Of a DNA stretch of 64,000 bases, positions 57,860 to 64,000 are shown piece after piece. Each line of letters starts with the position of its first letter. Within the stretch, counting starts at the first letter, position 1. Source of the stretch: Eledone cirrhosa (taxonomy: Eukaryota). The stretch spans positions 213,404,001 through 213,468,000 of the forward strand of contig OZ024741.1 in the NCBI GenBank assembly GCA_964016885.1, in the 5' to 3' direction. The position numbers and the translations under genes were made by a program. The notes below the pieces were generated by a model, which did no database searches, had not been told where the DNA came from, and saw only the letters and a program-made list of their open reading frames with translations.

Positions 57860-60410
57860 GAGAAATTGGGGAGGTGAGTTGAGTCCAAGAGGGGAATAGG
57901 ACCCAAGGCGGTGAATCAGACTCTGTTCAGTCCTGGTGCACGAGGCCTGTGACCCTTGATGTAAAAGGACACCCAGGACTAAAACATGTAGAGTGTAGAA
58001 TGACCAGGAGAACAGAAATGACGGGCGACAGGAGTATTCAAACCGAGTCGTATATCCCTCAAATGCTCGACAAAATGGTCCGCCATACGGCGTCTCATTT
58101 GTCCGATATATAAAGACCCGCAAAGGGAACACCGGAGGGCATAGACAACGTGGGTGGATGTGCGGGTGAAGGAATAGCGAATACGGAAATACCCGTTAGG
58201 GCCTGTAAGAGTGGTGAGGGTGGAAATGAAGGGACAAGTGTTGCAGCGGGAAAGGGAACAAGGATGAGAGCCGGGTAGAGTCGTGGGAGAGGACGAAAAA
58301 GAACTGCGAAGGTTTCGGTTGCGCTTAAAAGCAATAATGGGTGGGTTTGAAAAAAAGCGAGAAGTAAGGGGTTCAGAAGAGAGGATACGGAAGGAACGGA
58401 GGATATGTCGCCGGAGTGGTAGGGTGATGGGGTGATAGGTTAGAGGGAAAGGAATACAGGTGTTGGGAGGGCGGGGGTGAGGTGAGAGGGCTGTGGTGCG
58501 GTCTGTTTCACGGGCGCGGGTGAGAGCAGCTTAGATCAGGGTGGGGGGATATCCACGCTGGATGAAGCACGAAGCCATGCGAAGGGAATGGGTTTCGAAA
58601 TCGTCGTCCTGGCTACAGAGTCGACGAAGACGGAGGAATCGGGAATAGGGTAGGAGTGTTTGATGTGGGTTGGATGGGAGGAGGGGAAGTCGAGGTAAGA
58701 GTGGGAGTCTGTTGGTTTAATGAAGATGGAAGTAGAGAGGGTGTGGTGAGAGTGATTAATAGATAGAGAGATATCTAGAAAAGCGACAGAGACGGTGACG
58801 GAGGCGTTGAAATTGAGAGCAGGATGGAAAGATTGGACGAAAGAAAGAAAACAGTCGAGCTGTTCTTGTGATAGAGGGGTGGCGCCTATACAGTCGTCGA
58901 TATAACGACCGTATAGGCCAGGAGTCAGTCCAGCGTATTGGGAGAAGATCTGGGCTTCGACGTAGCCAACAAACAAGTTGGAATAGTTTGGACCCATTCT
59001 GATTCCCATCGTTACCCCCAGAGACCTGTTGATAAAATTCACCCGAAAAAGAAAATCCATTGAGGGTGAGAACAAGCTCAGCCAGACGGAGAAGAGTGGT
59101 AGTGCTGGGGTAAGTGGTAGGGCGTAAATCTAAAAAATGTATGAGAGCGCGGAGGCCGTCATCATGGGGGCTGACGGTATAGAGAGAGGTGATGTCCAGG
59201 GTAAAGAGAAGGCGGGAGGGACGAGGAGTGAAGGAGAAAGGGTTGAAGAGTCTAAGGGCATGATTTTTATCGTAGATTGCCGACCAACGAGGCGAGGATG
59301 GTGTCTAAATATTCAGAAATTATCTCGGTGGCGCAGTTGTACGCAGAAACGATAAAACGGCCAGGATTATTTTGTTTGTGTATTGTGGGAGTAAGTAGAT
59401 GGTGGGTGTGCGAGGGTTGCGTACAATAAGGTTGGTGGCTGTGTGGTGTAGGAGAGAGGAGGAGATGAGCTCGTGGATGGTGGAAGACACGAGTTGTTGG
59501 TAGCCAGGAGTGGTGTCGGAGGATAAAGGGCGGTAAAAAGAGTATTGTGAAGCTGGCGTAGAGCCTCAGCCCTATAGAGGTCAACGCTCCAAACTACCAC
59601 AGCGCCAGCTTTGTCGGCGGGTTTGATGACAATGTCATCGCGACGCCGAAGTTTGCGAAGAGCCAAGAGCTCAGTCCACGTGATGTTAGAGCGACGAGAA
59701 TGCTGGTGGAAATGGAACCGGTTCACAGTACGCCGGCAAATATCGACAAAGGAGTCAAGAGTGCTGTACTGGCCAGAGCTCGGCGCCCAATGTGATTGCC
59801 GGCCACTGAGACGAGTGATGTCATCCGTCTGTGTCGGTGATGGCGTGTCGTGAAAAAAAGCTTTCAGCTTTAATCGACGGAAGAACCCTTCAATCTCGGC
59901 ACGTGTGCGGAACTCGTCGCAGGTGGATGTGGTTGGTATAAAACGCAAACCACATGCAAGGAGGGAGCGCTCAGCTTCGGAGAATGGTAGGTCCTGGGGT
60001 ATGGTGACTACAGTGCGGGGACGTGAGGGAGTGAAAGAGGTGGAAGCGGAGGGGTTAAGGTAGTTGGGCAAAGCGTGTGCAGATTCAGTGATGGGGAGAG
60101 GAAAGGGGGTGGTTGGTGACGGGATAGAGGGGTTAGTGTTGGAAGTGATATGCGTATGGGTGGTGACGGCAGGCAGGGAGGGCAGAGATTTAAGTTTGTG
60201 ATTTTTTACGGAAGTGAGGAAATTGAGGTAAAGGATGAATTGGATAAGTGATTGGGCGAGGAAAGGATGGCAAGTGGAGGAGAGATGGAGGTAGGCCTTG
60301 GGGAGGTCTCGGTCGAGGGAAAGGATTTGGGCGAGAGTTGATCGAATGGTCACTCGCATGAGTTGGCGAGAGGAGCGGGTAAGGATGGGCTCAGTAGTGG
60401 GAGCAGAATA
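57860..60410 (-). pseudogene. PLE polyprotein (RT; GIY-YIG largely deleted), multiple frameshifts
   Basis: ERSLLACGLRFIPT, IVIKPADKAGAVVVW, IHK...PGRFIVS, GVTMGIRMGPNYSNLFVG, YGRYIDDC, VAFLDISL, KPTDSHSYLDFPSSHP, and terminal EQSLIHRLGSYSPLGLN. Confidence 0.9.
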
Positions 60411-60430
60411 TGTGTGTGTGTATTTGTGTT

Positions 60431-60501
<71 letters not shown>

Positions 60502-61955
60502 ACAAATACACACATACATATTCTGCTTTTTTTAAATCTTTTAAATTATTTTTTTTTTAATCTTTTAAATTATTTTTAAATTATTTTTATTTATTTGTTT
60601 TGATTATGATAGCTTCTCATAACTTTCATATGTCTACCCTTTCAATATCTTGATTGAGATATACGTAGGATAAATTTCTATACTAAATATATAAAACATA
60701 TTATTTTAACTTAAGATACTCTATAGTGTTTTAAAGATATTTAATGCTTTGATATTTCTAGATGTCTTTTGTCTATACTGATATAGCTGCATTTACAAAA
60801 TATACTCCTTTGGTATTTTAAATTTATTTTGTTATGGTTATGTTTACAGGTTATAATCCTTTAGTAATATTTTGATATTTGATTATCTCTATGCAAATGC
60901 ATATGTGTATATTAATATGCATAAAAAGTGTTATAGATTGTTTTGTTTTTTTTGTGTCTATATATGTCTGTATATATACATGAGTGATGCGTGACGACGC
61001 ACGCAAATATTTATTTATACATATGTATGTGTATATATGTATGTGTATATATATATGTGGTTGGGAGGTATGTTGCAGATATGCATATTATTAAACACAT
61101 GAATGGTAATCGTATATATGAGGACATGAATGTTAATCGTATATATTTGTATATATATACTGTGAAATTTTTATGACACAAAGAATGTATAGCAGTGATT
61201 AAGAGAAATCATTTACGTTTTGTATGGCTATATTGTTAGCTTGAGTTAAACCTAATTTCTATTTTCAGGACGTGCGTATCTATATGTATATATATATACA
61301 TATATATTTGTATACCTTTGCATAAAATACTGATCTCTATAGCAAGGGTACATTTTGAACTCAGAGTTTGATATATTGATCTCAAGTTTCTAAACTAAAC
61401 ATACAGTCATTATTGAACAATGTTTAATTTCTCATATTATATATATATGTCCCATTCATGAATATTGATACTTATATTTTTATTATTCATTTCATATAAA
61501 TTGTTAACTCAACTTAATATGACATGATGTAAAGTGTTCATTGTCCCCCCCCCCCTCTCTCTATATAGTATTTCTCTCTCTTGAGTTTTTTCTCTCTGTA
61601 TGATGACTTGATATCTCTCTGTTGCTTTCCTTTGTTTTTCTTATTTCTTTTTCTTTCTTTTTTATTTTTTATTTTTTATTTCCTCCTATCTTTATTTATC
61701 TCTTTCTTTTCTCCATACATTTCTCTCTCTCTCCGATATTTCTCCAGGTTGTCTTTCTTTCTCTCACTCCGTCTTTGTTCTTTTCTCTCTCTCCGTCTGT
61801 TTTTCTTTTTCTTTATCTCCGTCTTTTTCTAATTGTGCTTACCACTATGACTTATTAAAACAATATAAACAATTCACTATCCAGACAGCCTCCAAAAGTA
61901 ATGGTTGTATTTTAAAAGGGTACGTCAAAGCTATTTGTAAAACTGTTATATATTG

Positions 61956-62020
61956 TATTTTGTCTGATGAAGGCATACCATAATTTAATATGGTATCCCT
62001 GAAATATGTATAATGAAATA
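61956..62020 (+). ncRNA. Type I hammerhead ribozyme (family of 14490-14552)
   Basis: UAUUUUGU-CUGAUGA-AGGcAUACCAUA(AUUUAA)UAUGGUAUcCCU-GAAA-UAUGUA-UA-AUGAAAUA, followed by the same tail as 15415-15459. Confidence 0.85.
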
Positions 62021-62059
62021 AATATGGTTTTATAAATATAGTTTCCATTTATTAATATC

Positions 62060-62097
<38 letters not shown>

Positions 62098-62805
62098 ATC
62101 CCGGGTTCAATCGGGGATAACCACAGTAAGTAGGGTACTCAATACATAGCAGAGTATAAATAGTTATGATGATTTCTCCCGAATGAAACAACAGTTCTAG
62201 TCCTCTAGAAGCCATTTCCATATTAAATAAATATATATAGAATTAAAAAAAAAAAAATGTCTCCCTCTACATGGCTGAATACAATAAATGTAATCTGAGT
62301 TTTTCGAATATTAATAATAATATTCGATTCGTTTGCAATTATGAAAAAAAACCTCATTTTTAAAGCCATGTCATTCTTGCTCTTCTATATATTGTTTAAA
62401 GCGCTTAGCCGACATCTGAGAGATACGGGTTCGATTCCTCATAGCGCCAGATGTCAACTTTATTTTTCGTCTTTAAGTTTCTTCATCCAATTTTATAAAC
62501 TATTTTATACCATCTCCGCGCATGAGTATTCCACACTTTCTTTTATTAAATATATGTTTATTTCCACTTCAGCAACATCTTTACTAATTAGTTATCTCGT
62601 CAAATTACTTTCGCCACACACTCTGTCAAGTACTCAATTATCCGTCGATTGGCGCATTTCTTACTTAAATTACCTTAATTAACTATCAACGCGAGCGCGA
62701 GTTATATGGAGATTATTATGTCCATTTCAGAATACTATTGTGAGTGAATGGTATATAAGCCAATCAAATATGTGTCTCATTGTGTTTGTTTAGCTGACAT
62801 AACAC

Positions 62806-62850
62806 ACGTTCTGATGAAGGCCCAACTAGATCCGAAAATCGATTAAAGGT
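62806..62850 (+). ncRNA. Degenerate minimal hammerhead ribozyme
   Basis: ACgUU-CUGAUGA-aGG...CC-GAAA-AUCGAU-UA-AAgGU. Palindromic stem III; stem II is decayed. Confidence 0.5.
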
Positions 62851-62977
62851 ATTTGTCATATTTTGAGGGAACTTTGTATTTCGGGCATGTTACTATTGGC
62901 GAAGTCTCGGTTAACCATTGTGTATATATACAGATATAACTTTATAATACACACACACACACACGTGTGTGTGTATA

Positions 62978-63040
<63 letters not shown>

Positions 63041-63049
63041 GAGATATAG

Positions 63050-63453
63050 AGATATAATTGAATGTAAAAGAGAGATAAACACAGATATAAACATACATGT
63101 GTTCAAATCGTAAGGGACCAGGTTCGCTAGGGGGGAAAATACTAACTATTAACAATATGCTTTGCCAGACTCAATTTAAAATAATAAATCAAGAAAACAA
63201 ATTCAAACCTATATTGGGCAACTGCCGGAACACGCATTCAGCCTATGGTAGGCTATTTCGCAATTTTTAGCGAAGGGAATTACCAATTCTTTGCACATAG
63301 CATCAGAACCTGGTCCCTTACAATTTGAACACATATATGCTTATATCTGTGTTTATCTCTCTTTTATATTCAATTATATTACACGGCTCAGAAAAACCTA
63401 TTTCTTTGAGCTATTTAATTGTAAGAGACTTTTTTGAGTTTGTAGCTCAATAT

Positions 63454-63460
<7 letters not shown>
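63050..63460. mobile_element. Inverted pLTR pair, family of 17265-17728, with degenerate HHR 3' half at about 63238-63297 (-)
   Basis: Arms about 63050-63125 and 63306-63380. Shared gcaa..gaattggtaattc..ttgcgaaa. Confidence 0.65.
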
Positions 63461-63496
<36 letters not shown>

Positions 63497-63576
63497 ATAA
63501 ATTAACGGAGCCATAGACTCGCGCTATTCCCTGTCAATAATGTGATCAAAGGAGAAGAAATCCTGAGCTCTTTAAA

Positions 63577-63742
63577 ATACAATATGTTGAAAAGGTAACA
63601 CACTAGAGAGAGATACAGTGCGCCATCAATAAAACAGGGAAAAACCATCACTGTATGGTTATAGATTCCATACACTGGTGGTTTTTCCCTGCTTTATTGA
63701 TAGCGCACTGCATCTCTCTCTAGTATGTTAACTTTTCAACAT

Positions 63743-63749
<7 letters not shown>
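63577..63749. repeat. Imperfect inverted repeat (about 80-bp arms) bounded by (TA)n
   Basis: Direct reading. The architecture matches the other PLE-type palindromes, but no HHR was recognised. Confidence 0.75.
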
Positions 63750-63812
<63 letters not shown>

Positions 63813-64000
63813 CATTTTTTTACGTTTATGTAAGTGTGTGTGTTTGTGTATGCGTATAAGTATACACACATCTTCCTCTATGTGTATCTCTCATTTCCAT
63901 TCTGTTACACTCTATTCTACCCTGGAAGAAATCTGCTGGTTTTTTCAGACCAATGCTCTAGAACGCTCTATACCAATATGGCGCCCCTGCAACTCACTCA

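Larger units (their letters stand above)
57240..60410 (-). mobile_element. Penelope-like element (Neptune-like), near full length, decayed, with 3' pLTR
   Basis: ORF remnants at 57860-60410 and a same-strand minimal HHR in the 3' end. Confidence 0.85.

Noticed and set aside
62400-62450. tRNA-like segment with GGTTCGATTCC
   Set aside because: No full cloverleaf; likely a SINE head fragment rather than a tRNA gene.

Overview
AT-rich eukaryotic repetitive DNA, most likely a cephalopod (octopus-like) intergenic or intronic region. The taxon is inferred from the (TA)n/(CA)n microsatellite density, the tRNA-derived SINE families and the Penelope-like elements (PLEs). No intact host gene is recognisable, and nearly all ORF-track entries are microsatellite read-throughs. 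Coding remnants are four decayed PLE retrotransposons (RT and/or GIY-YIG) and one truncated hAT-type transposase. There are also a Helitron-like insertion, MITEs, an RTE-derived bipartite element, many SINEs and a 38-bp minisatellite. The main signal is RNA-level: about 30 type I hammerhead ribozyme (HHR) motifs from roughly 15 sequence families, folded by hand. The most striking are two homologous non-coding tandem arrays (466-bp unit at 2811-6280; about 480-510-bp unit at 22518-24272). Each complete unit carries one HHR, and the two arrays show compensatory stem changes. They look like retrozyme-type circular RNAs copied into (TA)n targets by rolling-circle, twin-primed reverse transcription. 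Many inversion or truncation junctions in the window fall on HHR cleavage sites or cores, and several families use a U3-A8 core instead of C3-G8.
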